A DNA stretch of 64,000 nt from Macrostomum lignano (GCA_002269645.1 NIVC01003207.1:62001-126000); one strand, 5' to 3'; counted from the stretch's first letter, positions 37,679 through 49,725 are shown. Program-made: numbers and translations. The notes: generated by a model from the sequence alone, not told the origin.

Positions 37679-40600
37679 TCACCTTAATTTTTTTGTATAT
37701 ACTCCCACGTAATGAGACTTCTCAACATAGTTTCCAGACAGATTGATGCATTCCTGCATCCTATAGAACCATGCTGAAAAACAGTCCCTTAATTCCACCT
37801 GAGTGACAGCTTCCAGCTCTACTTTCAATGCCTCTTCAAGCTCTTTGCGCAACTCAAAGCACTTTCCCTTGAGATTCTTCTTGATCTTTGGAAAGAGGAA
37901 GAAGTTAGCTAGAGTAAGGTCAGGCAAGTAGGCTAGACATGGCAATAGAGTCAGCTGAGTCAATGCAAGAAACTTTTGTGTCATCCTGGCTTGGTGAGCT
38001 GGAGTATTGTCATGGTGCAAGAAAATGGCACAGTCTCTGCTCTTTGGCCACTCCTGATCCTGTCACTGTGGCAGTCACTGTTGCAGTGACTGTGGCACTT
38101 TCCTCAAGTAGAATGGGTGACAGGATGCCATACTGCCAGAAGAAAACTGCTGTCATGACCTTGCTAACATTTCTCTCATGTAGGAATTTGATGGGGACAT
38201 CTTCTTTGAAGGCAATCTACTTTCTGCTCTGGAATTTGGTCTCTCGGTCATAAAAGTAAACCTAAGTTCAGGGTGCCCGTGCCCTTCTTTATCTCTTTTA
38301 TTCTCCTTTATTTGGCAAACCCCTCCTTTATCTGCTTTATTTTAAAGATTTTTTTTTGGATTTTTTTAGCCCCTTAACACTGCTATTTAGTTCGAACAAA
38401 ATCGGTTGAGCTGTTTTAGCTAAAATCAATCAAATACCCACAGACAGATCATTTTTAGTATATGGAAATAGTATATTTAGATTATATATTACTTAATATA
38501 TTATTAGTTTAGGGTCCTTTTAAATAATCATTAGGCTTATTCTATTCACTTGTACTTTTTTCCTGGACAAAGATATGTTGAAGAATATTTTGTAGGTCTT
38601 AAAAACTTTTGTATATACGATTACTAATTTTACAAAATTTTAAGCATTAACCCTAGGTTAGCCACAATATTAGATATTGAAAGATAAAATGATTTTGTTA
38701 TAATCTAGCCTAGCCTTATATAGTAAGTTTTTTTCTACAGTTAAAAAACTTGCCAGTTATAGCTATTTGGATAATAAATCAGTATTAGTATGGTGTCATC
38801 TAAAAAAAAACCTAAAAAGAAAAAAGAGAAGACATACAATTCAACTTTCAAGCCTAAATGGCTTTCAAGCAATCCAATGGGCTGAGGTAATTAGATGTCA
38901 GGATGACTACAATGCTTTTTGTACTTGCTGTTCTACCAAAATAGGTGTCTGCCACATGGGTAAATCACCAAATGTATTATGGAAAGCATGACTTGCAAGC
39001 TAGGCAATGGCAGGGCTTGCTGCAATTTTTTTTACATGCAAAATGACATTTCCCAGGTTGGAAGAAACGACTTGTCTGCTATTGCTCAGCACTTGAAGCT
39101 GGATAGCCATGTGAAAAAGTGGAAACATATGGAATATTGCTAGCCTTGAATATGGAAACATATTCAAGGCTAGCAATGTGCAGCTCTTATTTGTTTTAAG
39201 CCATCAATAGCAGCTGCAAATTCATCTGCTCCAGCCACTGATCCAGCTGCCATAGCTGCTGATCCACCTGCTGCTGCTACTGTTGCTGCTAATTTTTCTG
39301 TCAATACTGGCTCTGGTACTAGTGGAGACCAGTTCTATAACTCTTTTTTGTGATGAACATATATGTGACCAGAGCTGAAATCAAGTGGGCACTTTATCTT
39401 GTTTGGTCACATGGCTCTTTCTAAAGCAGCGATAGAATGGCTAATGTACTTTAAGACATGGATCCCAACAGTGAGATTTTATGCTAAATCTTGATGGATG
39501 GGACAAGGTGAGCAGTTTATTTTTTTGTCATCTTGTTTGTGCTAGCCTATACTTCTATAAGCTTTTCTTTTAGCATCTCTGCATGCCTAATGAATATTTA
39601 TAATAGTTGTATAATTATTATCGCAATTTATACAAGTAAAATAGTCGATTATTAGCCATGTTGAATCCATGCGAAAAAACTAGAAAGTAATTTAGCCTTT
39701 TGTTTTACTAAGTGAAATATTGACAATAAATATATTTTGTTATAAATGTAGCCTCCTAGACTCTATATATATAAAAGCCAATTTGCTCCCAAATAAACCA
39801 ACTTGCTCTTAGCTTGTTTGTTTGCCAAATTCATAGTAATATTTTCAGACTTGTTTTTGTATAAACCTTGAATTCTTATTCAGTTAGTTTTTTGCAAAAC
39901 TAAAAGGTTGAAGTGCTCAGAAACTTACTTAGAAAAGGGATTTGGAAAATATATGAAAGAAAGTACTAAGAGTAATCTCTGTGACCCTCTAATCTTGGTT
40001 AGAGGTTAGACTGCTCAGGCCAAATTATACAAGGGTGTCTAAAAAGTAGTGATACTTTTAACCATAGCTCTTGTTCTATAGCTTCCTGTGATATAAAATT
40101 TTATGAACTAATAGTGGCAAATCTTTTCTAGACTGCTTTTTGAATTTTTTTAAAATTGATACTAGAGAACAAAAGTTATACCCATGAATGAAAGTAACAG
40201 TACCTGTACCATAGAGTTACACAAACTATATTGAAATTTATAATAGTCAACTTCTGCACTTATTCATTAGGAAGGCATTGATAAATGTCTTTTTTAAGCA
40301 ATACCAAAGCCCAATTGCAAAATGATAACTCACTGTGACTGACTGAAATTTGTCTATGGACAAGATCATGCGCAGAAAAATAAAGCATTAAATTCATTAC
40401 TTTACTTGCAAACAAAGGAGCTTGCATTTTGCGATTTGTTCATGAGTTCATTGCCCATACTCGACAACACACATGGATGTGCACTCAGTTGTTGCTCAGC
40501 AAAGTACCATCTTCACTCTCTGGGGCACTGGCCATAGAGCCTCAGTAATTCACACAAAACTTTGCTCTGTGCACGGATCCTCTGTGGTCAACAAAATGAC

Positions 40601-42340
40601 AGTTTGTGCCGACATTGTGCCAAAAGTTTTTGATTAAACTTTTAAACTTAAAAATTTTCACTGAATGCAAATGAGTGACACATGAGCAGGCAGATCAGGC
40701 CATTAGTCAATTTGTTGCTTTCTATAGCAACGAAAGAGTAATTGAAGCCTTGCAGGCCTTCAATGCTTCCAAGGATTGTTTAGACACTTTCTTTGTGCAG
40801 TTGTTTAACACCAATGTCGATCTGACTGAATTGAGTGAACTTTGGACTATTGTCTGCATGGTCCTTATTCTTTCACATGGACAGGCATCTGTTGAGAGTG
40901 GATTTTCTATCAAAAAGACTCTCATAGTTGAGAACCTATCTGACAGAAGCCTTATTGCTCAACAGATTATAAATGATGCTATTCTCCAGTCAGATGGCTC
41001 ACTTACTTCTATTGAAATAACACCAAGCATGCTTAGGCATATAAAGGTTGTTAAAACTCGGTCTTGCAAGGCACAAGAACAACAGGGAAAGGCTGACTCT
41101 GCACAAGATCAATGAAAATGAACTAAAAAGTGCCAGAGAAGAAATGGAAAAGCTTAAGAAAGAATTAGCAACAAAGCGACATGTTGCAGAGGCTGCAACT
41201 AAGGAGGCTAACACTTTGCTAAGACAGCTGAATGAATTAAAAAAGAAGTAGCCTATTGATTTGATACTAAATTGTTTTCTCAACTAGCTACCAGATTACC
41301 TATTACTTCTGCGTTTTTGTTAATGTTTTCAGTAATCAGTGCTCATATTTGTTTCTAATTGCTTTAAAACTTTCAACATTCTTTTTAGAAATAGTCAGTA
41401 AACAATAGGATTTTTCTAATAGTAACAATAACAATTATTGTTTGTATAAGAAATATATGCCCATAAGTGCATAACAATCCTTTTTCACTTAAGCTTCATG
41501 CTTATTTAGTTTTAGTAGTTTACCACTGCATTTGTTTTTTTGCTTTGTATACAAATTGTACATTCACAACATCTTTTTGAAATTAGTACATGAATTGGCT
41601 TCTTAAAACTTATTATATTGTATCATTATAGGGTGCAATGATGTTATACTTTTTTCATTATATTGCCATCTAAATTAAAATATAAGCATATTGAGCATGT
41701 GATATAGGTTTAGGTCCACGTTAATACATTAAAAATTAGGTCTCCTTTATTTTGGCATCAAACAGTCTTATGTATTTTACTTGCTCAAAATGTGCGGGCA
41801 CCCTGCAAGTTTCATCTCCTATCAGGATATTGTCCATTAATTTTGAAGCCCATGCAATGAATTTGTTAAGCATGAAGTTTGCAAACTCAACATGAGCTTG
41901 CCTTTGGGTCCAGTTCAAGTGATGGGGCACCCAGTGTACAGACACTTTTCTCGTGCCTAGATGATCATGCAAGATGGAAATGTCATCTGAATCCAAAATC
42001 CTAACATGTTTCTTGATTTTGCAAACCATCACTTGTTAATGTTCATTGAGCAGTCTTTGGACACTGGCCACTATTGCATTTGTAATGGCCAAATTTGGAT
42101 GGCCTTCATATTAATCATTGTCTAGCTCCAGGCAGCCAGAATGAAATTGGCCAAACCACTTGTATATACTATTATCTGGGATAGGGCTTCATCATCTAGG
42201 GCTTTTTGAAGCATCTGCAAGCACTTGAAGGCAGATTAGCCAAGTTAAAATTGAGCAAGAATTGCAATTTGTCTGTCACACTCTGCCAATCACAGGGCAA
42301 GTTTGGGGTCATAACACTTTTTCAACCACTGCATTATACC
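37679..42340 (-). mobile_element. Decayed mariner transposon split by a hAT insertion
   Basis: N-terminal half 42250-41806 reads KWFGQFHSG..., RKVSVHWVPHHL, NILIGDET. The C-terminal half resumes at 38262 with WVYFYDRETKFQS, then HHDNTPAH, AYLPDLTLANFFLFPKIK and GNYVEK. Removing the insert and one TSD copy restores GDETWVY. Confidence 0.88.
38269..41805 (+). mobile_element. Decayed hAT-like DNA transposon with CAGGGTGCCCG TIRs and a 6-bp TSD
   Basis: 11-bp perfect TIRs at 38269-38279 and 41795-41805. Flanks TAAGTT / CAAGTT. Transposase remnants: WAEVIRCQDDYNAFCTCC (zinc-finger-like), VTRAEIKWALYLVWSHGSF and LILSHGQASVESGFS plus a coiled-coil tail. Confidence 0.85.
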
Positions 42341-43675
42341 ATTTTAGTCAGAGGCTGAAAATTGCAATATCTACTGAAATAAGCATATAAAATCTCATTT
42401 TATTTGCATAAAATGAAGTTAATTTTTCTACAAACTTATTATTAAGCAGCACTTGTATTTGAATCAAAATGTTTCATTAATTTACTACTAGGGCCTAGCT
42501 ATCTACCTTAGCATAGACCTCTAGAAAACAAACTGAAACTGACAGCAGACAATACAAACCAAATCAAAAATATTAATCAAACTAGATATTTTTATTGAGT
42601 AGGCCTAAGAGGCTATTGATCAAATGGCTTTTCTTATGCCTTTTATTTTTGGGCATCAATAATTTAAGTAGACCTACATATAAATAAAACTACAAATATT
42701 GATTTGATGCTAGGCTAATTGGCACCTAGTATTCTATTGCCACACCTCTAGCAATAGCCATACCAAATTTACCAAGCTAAATTACCATTCTGTTCTACGC
42801 ACATCTTTAGCTTTATATTTGATTGTGACATTTGTGGTGGCCTTTGTGATCTTGTGCAATGCATTTTTCTTTTTTTACCATACAAACTGTATCTTTGTGG
42901 CAGTAACTCTGTTATTGTCTGGTCCCAAGCCCAGAATGAGAAAGGAGAAGGGCTGCATTGAATAAACATGCAGTTGAATACAGTGGTTTCAGAGATACTG
43001 TGTCCAAGATACTAAGAATACAAGTTGGAAGGGAAAAAAGTTTCATGCGAGGTGTGTATTATTGGCAGTTGACAAAGTGAGTTGTGACCAAAAGTTGACA
43101 TTGTCCCATTGAACAGTTGACAAAATAGGCCTAACCAAGCTTTGAAAGTATCCTATTGGTTGGTTGATAAAACAACCAATATGGGGAACAGGTTGACGAT
43201 GTGTCCAGTTGACAGTTGACAATGGCAGTTGATGAAATGACTAGGCCTAGGATCCTTAAAATGACATGGCAATGGCATGGCATGAAGTGCAGTTCAAGAA
43301 AATATGTCTATGGCCAAAATCAGTGTCAACTCTGTGCAATTAAAGGGAGATGGGCTTGGGGTTAGAAATGTTAGCTGCCAAGTTGAGAATACTCAAGAGT
43401 TAAGATGCAAGTTATTCCCATTGAAAAAGTAATTTAATTAATGATTCTGCAGGATAGCCAACCCAGCTTCCTAGACCTAGTGTCACTATGAGCAGAATGA
43501 CATTATTTGTGTACATAGGATACTCAAGTTCCACTTCATAAGCTTAAGTTGCCAAGTTGATAGGCCCTTTGGTTGAATAAAAAAATACAATTATTTTAGT
43601 GCCTACAATTTGTGGTCATTTTTTCATGAAAAGTTAGGCCTAGTTTATATGATATATTAATATAATAATTATATT

Positions 43676-43789
43676 AGGTTATCTTCAAGTTTCGTTCGTT
43701 TAATTCCAACACCCACCCCCCACCACCCTTGAATAGAGGGCGAAAATAATTCCGGAAATAATTAAACGAACGAAACTTGAAGATTGCCT
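43676..43789. mobile_element. Short MITE (114 bp) with ~30-bp TIRs
   Basis: aggttatcttcaagtttcgttcgtttaatt versus aattaaacgaacgaaacttgaagattgcct, in an AT/TA context. CpGs are intact. Confidence 0.75.
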
Positions 43790-43897
43790 TATATTATATT
43801 ATATATATATATACATATATACACAATTACTTCTACACTACTTCTACACAGTAATTTTTTGCTAGGTTGAACATGCTACGGCTGATTGATGACTCAC

Positions 43898-43937
43898 TAT
43901 CAATAGGCGAAGTTTCAGAAGCAGCCCACTGGTCCAT
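43898..43937 (-). CDS. Candidate first coding exon of the TOX4-like gene (MDQWAASETSPID)
   Basis: ATG at 43937 and a GTGAGT donor at 43897 in phase 1, matching the phase-1 acceptor at 33586. Inference only; no homology support. Confidence 0.3.
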
Positions 43938-45006
43938 CAGTTACTCGGACGATTTTTACAAGAAATGGAATGACTATGCAAGAATATAAATGTCTGTATC
44001 TTACAGTGAAATTAGGGTAAAAACTTTATTTAATAATAAAAAATAGTGTTATGAACATTTAGAGAATTTAATTTTTTAGAATGTTAGGAGCATTTGTTTG
44101 TATGTGCTACGAAAAAACGGGCCCTACAAAGTCTGAGATTTGAATTCCACGGTTTACGCTTCTTTAAAACCAGCAATTACCTGTTTGTTGGTTATACTGC
44201 TGGACTTACAGAAAAAAACGCAGAAGTATTTACTGTAAAATGTCTCTTATCGATATAATTCTTCAGACGCACTACTTAACTTAAAAGTGATGCTTAACTT
44301 GTAACTAAATGCGTTTGCAGATGTTCATCAACTAAATCCTGCAATTAATTGGCAGAACTTTATGACTAACAGTTACTGATTTAGTAACAAAAATAAAAAA
44401 ACACTTACTCTAAACTGCCGCCTGAAGCAAATCTCGCTAAAACTTCATTCAAAAACAAAAATTATCGATCGTAACCCCCGTACATGTATATGGCCCTATA
44501 GCATCATCGAAAACTGCAGAAAGCATCAAGAAACGAACATACTTATGTCATTGTTAATATATATGATGGGCTAATAAAGATTAGATACACGCAAGGACCA
44601 CTTTAGTATAACAGGCCCGTAAGAACTTAAATGTCAGAGTATCAATTACTCTGAGTAATTTAATTAGATCGGCCAATGTTTTTTTAAAACCAATGAAGCT
44701 TTCACTATACAAACTTGTATTATAACTACAGCTAGCAGAGTAACATTATTTTCGTGCCAAATTTATAGGATCACTTCACTGGCCCCAAATCAACTGCAAT
44801 AATTGATATTGTGACTACAAACGAATTTTTATTATCTCTGCGGTGTAATTTTCAGGAAATTGGCCACTAAAAATACCCACAAGATCTTTGAGTTTTTCGT
44901 CGTCAGCTGTTACTGTGGTTACCTTAATGCGTGTAGATAGTATATACAATTGGTCCTTGATCTGTATACATGTAGCTGGCACCCAGCTTACAAATTATAA
45001 CAACAT

Positions 45007-48000
45007 TGTGACGTTGTCAGTTTAAGGTGGTCCCGAAAAGGGCCGTTGGACTGCTGTTTCTCCATAGTTTCAACCCTTCAGTTTCACCGTTCCAACTAAA
45101 CTTTTCCATTTGTTTATTGCGACGTTTACTTGTAGTAGTGCCCAACGATTTTGTGGCAATTTCTAATTCACTGTATATTTTACTATCCTCTCTCGCGACC
45201 GTTTAAAATTGGCACGATCGATAATTTCAAGTTCTCTCGCCAGCCAATGAAAACTCTCCGTGTTTTACGCTCCCCCCTCTGCGCTCCTTTATTAAACCCC
45301 CCGCCTGGCGGCAGGCACTCCTCACTCCCTGCTCGTCCCTGTTCTTGTGTTCTGTGTTCTCTCTCCTTAGGCTTGCCTCCGTCCCGTCTGGCTTGCCTAG
45401 CCTTGTCTAGCCTTGTTTTCCTTCTCTCTGTCTGGCTGCCTCGAGCCTCCTTACCTCACGCCACGGCTGACGCCAACCTCGCCACTGCTCATCTGCCTAC
45501 CTACTACGTCTCACTGCCTTCACTGTACTCATTGCCATTGATCATCACGTTACGTCGCCATTATATCACTCGTCTGTCGCTTGAACTCACATCCAATTTA
45601 TTGTCTTGTAACCGTGACAAACGGAGTGGTCTAAGATCTGACCTCATCAATATCAACGTCTGTGTATTGTACATTCACGCCAAAAAGGCAATAAGCGCAC
45701 AGGATACAGGGAACATGAAGAAAACGGCAGGTAGACGGCGCACAATACCGTAGGGGAGGATGGAAAAAGGGAAGGACAGCCGGCAAAAAGGACGACAAAA
45801 GCAGACGGAGGAAAAGCAGCAATCAAACAAAGAGAGAAACAGAGAATCCAGAAAAAGCAAAAAGTAGTACATTAGAACGGCCCAGAGCCCGTCGCAGACA
45901 GGATAGGCAAAAGCAATACCAAAAGTTGAGAAGGCAAAGAAGAAGACAGCAGGAAGAAGGAAAGGAAAAGCAGACGACAGACACGCGCCACCCCCCCCCC
46001 CGGCTGCCACCCGGGGGACCAACGCACACCACACGAAGTCACAGCTACAGTCCGTCCGGTTTTCTGGCCAAAACCGGCAAACCCGTACAAGCACCAAAGG
46101 AGACGGGCCAAGTCGGCGAGGCGCGAGGCCACCCGTCATAAGGGCGTAGTGCCAGACCACGACAAGCAGTGGAGATTGTGATTAAAGTTAACCATAATAA
46201 CATATAAGTAGCATAGTTAGTAAATTAATAAGTTAGTTAAACTTCCTACATCCAAGTTAAGACATAAGTAGCATATAAAGTAAGTAGTCATCAAAGATAA
46301 ATATGGCCTAATTGGAAAGAATTAACCAAAGAAATCTATTTGGACCCACACCCCCCACACACCTTTGGAAAGATTTCAAGAGCTGCCATACCTCCCCGTC
46401 CTTCTATGGAAAGCCTCCGCCTCATAAACCCCTCCCTCAAGTACCATGATCGACAACAGTTTCTGTTCGGCTTTAGTGAAACCTAAATTAGTTAAAATTT
46501 GCGATGTTCTCTTCTCCATGCATCCTCTCCAATTCCAGATAAGCCCAGAGCATTTAAATCCTGGTTTTTCTAACGACTTAAGGTTATAGTAATTAAGGAC
46601 CCAATCTTTGATGCATGGTTTGTTATAATAGCTACATTTATTATCGGCAGCTCTTTCCATACTTCCTGGTCCCACTCCCGCATCTGCAACAATTGAGACG
46701 TCCCCAATCCAGGCGGTGTTGCCCATCTTCCAAATCAGGTCTGGCCTACGACCTCCTTCTTTCGTAGAAATAAGCTGTTCTTTGATAGGTTGATGAGCTC
46801 TAGTTTCTAATTTGGCAAAAATATAGTTAACAATCTTATGGTGCCTGAAGTTACGTTTGTCGAATGTACGATTACAGCTTTGTAAGATGTGCCCCAAACC
46901 TTCAGCTCTACGACAGCCCGCATCGCAATTCGGAGCTTTGCCCCGACCTCTGGATGCACGGGCCCTGGTAGGCCAAAGATTGGATCTTATTTTGAGGCAC
47001 TTAATACACATTTCTGATGAGACTATGCTTGTGCCGTCGGAGACCCAGTCATGAACGAAAGGGACCTCGGCGGCTTCAGCAAGGCCTCTGCCATCCATCG
47101 TGTTGTTGAGCCTCTCTTTCCAATGGAGGTTAATTTCATTCATACTGTTATAAACTATTAAAGATTTGTCAAGTTTAAATTTATTGGCGAATTTAGGTTG
47201 ATTAGCGATCTTCTTAATTAGAGAGTCACTACAGTTAATAAGGCTTTGAAGTTTCCTGTTCTTAAAGTAAGGAATACATGTAGTAAATGAACTAATACCC
47301 AGGCCTCCATCGCGTACCCTCGCATGAATTATAGGCGACGGAGTATCCTTGGGTAACCTGAGTATATTGATAACCCATTTTCTGACCGTAATGTCTGCTT
47401 CTAATAATGTCTTTTTGTGGATTCTACCGTTAGTAAGAAGATAATTAACTTTAGGTATGACATTAGTGGAAAGTAGGTACATGCGTTGCTGAGGCCTAAG
47501 AGGGGCCTCCTTAAGTTTGGCAAGCATGTCCTTTAAGACCTTCAATCCCGGCTGCACTTGCCCTTTGGCATTGATCTCAATTCCCAAATATTTATAGCTA
47601 TTTTGAAGGCCTATATTAGGTAGTTCTTGGTTGTAAATTTTAAATCTAATGCTTTGGTTATTAAGCCACCTCTTGTTCTTCCCATCCCAAACGATCGCGA
47701 TGGTAGCACTCTTCTTGATATTGACTTCGAGGCCAGTTGGAGCAAGGGCCTCTTCAAAGGTACTGAGATGTTTAGTAAGTCCGGCTTCACTCGATGCGCA
47801 GATAGCCATATCGTCCGCAAATGCTGCAGAGTTGACTCTCTCCTGAGCAATTGGGAAGGCTAGGTGCGGGTCGAGTGAGCCCAGGACCTCATCTATTACA
47901 AAATTAAAAAGGATAGGTGACAAAGGGTCACCTTGCTTGACCCCCCTCCCAAGATTAGTAGTATTCCCAAAGATTTCAGTAGTATTGTTGGTGTATAAGT

Positions 48001-48460
48001 TGTCTAGGTAGTTAATTAATAGATCTGGTATACCTACTCTCCTGGCTGCCCTAATTAAAGTTGGGTGGTTGACCGAATCGAAAGCTTTTTTAAGGTCTAG
48101 GAAGGCCAGGAACAGGGGTGAGTTCCCTGCTCTGGCCTCCGCTAGAAGGTTTTCAATTAGGAAGTGATTCGCGCCAACCCCATCTAACCCTAGTTTGAAA
48201 CCCCTCTGAACACTACTGATATCACTGATATAAAAGAAACCATTGTTGCAGCCGCCAGTGCCCAGAAAGCAATAGTTTGTTATTTGCCAGTAACAACCAA
48301 ACTTACTATTTACATTGATAATAAAAACGACTACGGCAGTTTCCTGCCCTTATTGCCAAGTGCTCCGCTACACCATCCACTTCGCCTAAGTTGACTTCAA
48401 CTTATTTTGGGACTAAAACGGCCCTTTTAAGGGTCACGGCCAACATCAAATAACGTGACA
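45007..48460. mobile_element. Non-autonomous TG...CA element with imperfect ~40-bp TIRs and 5-bp TSD (AACAT); Ginger-like or LTR-derived
   Basis: AACAT|TGTGACGTT...AAAAGGGCCGTT on the left and AACGGCCCTTTT...AACGTGACA|AACAT on the right. It encloses the R2-type fragment. Confidence 0.6.
46376..48230 (-). mobile_element. 5'-truncated R2-clade non-LTR retrotransposon: RT, CCHC finger and restriction-like endonuclease, reading frame open
   Basis: The frame stays open upstream of the called start: VQRGFK..AFLDLKKAFDSVNH..RGVKQGDPLSPILFN..AFADD..YKYLG. It ends with IRSNLWPTRARASRGR, CDAGCRRAEGLGHILQSC, RHHKIVNYI and RRPDLIW..IGDVSIV, all R2-like. Confidence 0.87.
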
Positions 48461-48639
48461 AACATGTTCAGTTCCTTTTGCGCAATGGGAAAGACCCACC
48501 CATGCAATCTTCTAAATATACTAAATCTCTAAGGTTTGTATGTTTGTTGTTATTAAACGGGGTGGGTAGCCTAGGGGCTCCCGCGGATCTGCAGCCCAGG
48601 GAATTGGGCTCGATCTGCCGCTGTGATGGGGCACAATCT

Positions 48640-48995
48640 ACCAGGGATTCCAATTCCACTGTCAGAGATGAGAGCCAAGACACAATAAGCAGGGAAACAA
48701 CCAGAGGAGCCAGCAGATGGACGACCAAGGCAAAGCAGGATGGACCGGGCAGGGAGGGCAGAGCTCATAACTCCAAAGATTGGAAGGCACTGCCAGGCCT
48801 TAGATAAAAGCGGGGAGATAAAAACAAATGGGAGAAGCACCTAAACCCTAAACCCGGGGCTCAGCCTCAGGGCTGGCATCAACTGGGCTCTACCGTACAC
48901 TTTTGTGAATTGTCGTCTTTCCTGCAGGGCGGGTGCGACCGGGGGGCTCAATTGTCCCGTTCTAGCCACACTGCAGTCCAGATCTCCAACTCACT
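48640..48995. repeat. Dispersed repeat, copy 1 (also at 61180-61580 + 62371-62388)
   Basis: Shared blocks ccactgtcagagatgagagccaagacacaataagc and cccggggctcagcctcagggctggcatcaactgggctctaccgtacacttttgtgaat. Confidence 0.85.
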
Positions 48996-49135
48996 CCAGG
49001 TACACCCCCCCCTAACCCAAGGCCGATGCATGGCCAAACAATTGGAAAGAAAAAGTTGGGCTATATTCAGATGAGCACATCACCTCCGGTGAGGACTCTA
49101 ATTGGATTGGGCTAGCGAGGCAGCCAGGGTAAAAA

Positions 49136-49158
49136 CAGTCAGAGACCGTCTTTACGGT
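49136..49158 (-). other. Motif resembling the 5' half of the Macrostomum spliced-leader exon
   Basis: Minus strand ACCGTAAAGACGGTCTCTGACTG versus the recalled SL start CCGTAAAGACGGTCTCTTACTG (21/22). It has the ACCGT..ACGGT hairpin typical of flatworm SLs. The 3' half, donor and Sm site are absent. Confidence 0.45.
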
Positions 49159-49725
49159 CTGTATGTTTGCTTGCTAGCTTGCTTGTCCATAACGCTCTAG
49201 CCAATTACTATACTTCTACCATCTTGCGCAACCACAATTTTGATGCCACCAATGCAATTGCAAGTAACATATCTTGGTAAAGTCAATTGTTGTAATTTCA
49301 TTATATCCTCAGCCTCACATGTGAAGTCATTTCGCAAAATTTTGCTACTACAAATTACTTAGTAGATTTAAAATCGTTTTAAACTGAAAAGCTAAATAAA
49401 CAGAGAAACAAACGACACTACATGCACGAGAGTAATGTGTAAGTTTATTGCAATTTAAAAGATGGAAAACAGGATTTTACAATTAACTTGCAATATTCAA
49501 CACAGCTAACATAAGTTTATAGTGCGGAAAATATTAATAAAAAAATTTGTAAGGCAGATTTCGATTAAAGCCAAAACTTTAGGTTAACTTTAGATAAGGT
49601 GAAAAAAATCAAGATGCATCGGAAATGTTTCAAGTATTCTGACGTTTAGCCAATGTAACGTTACTTTCTGAATCTCATCAGGCTTTTACTATTGTGCATT
49701 TGTGACACGGAATTAAATTGCTTTT

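Noticed and set aside
43873-43989. Plus-strand mini-ORF MLRLIDDSLSIGEVSEAAHW...
   Set aside because: Only 38 codons, no recognisable homology or upstream exon, and it overlaps the candidate TOX4-like first exon antisense.
45007-45619. Solo LTR TGTGACG...CGTGACA
   Set aside because: No TSD at 45620; the matching AACAT duplication is at 48461, so the larger unit is preferred.
49040-49135. HDV-like ribozyme next to the SL-like motif (GGCTGCCTCGCTAGCC hairpin); also a similar motif near 46110-46135
   Set aside because: An L3-like CCTCGC is present, but no P1 partner or GG for P1.1 could be built.
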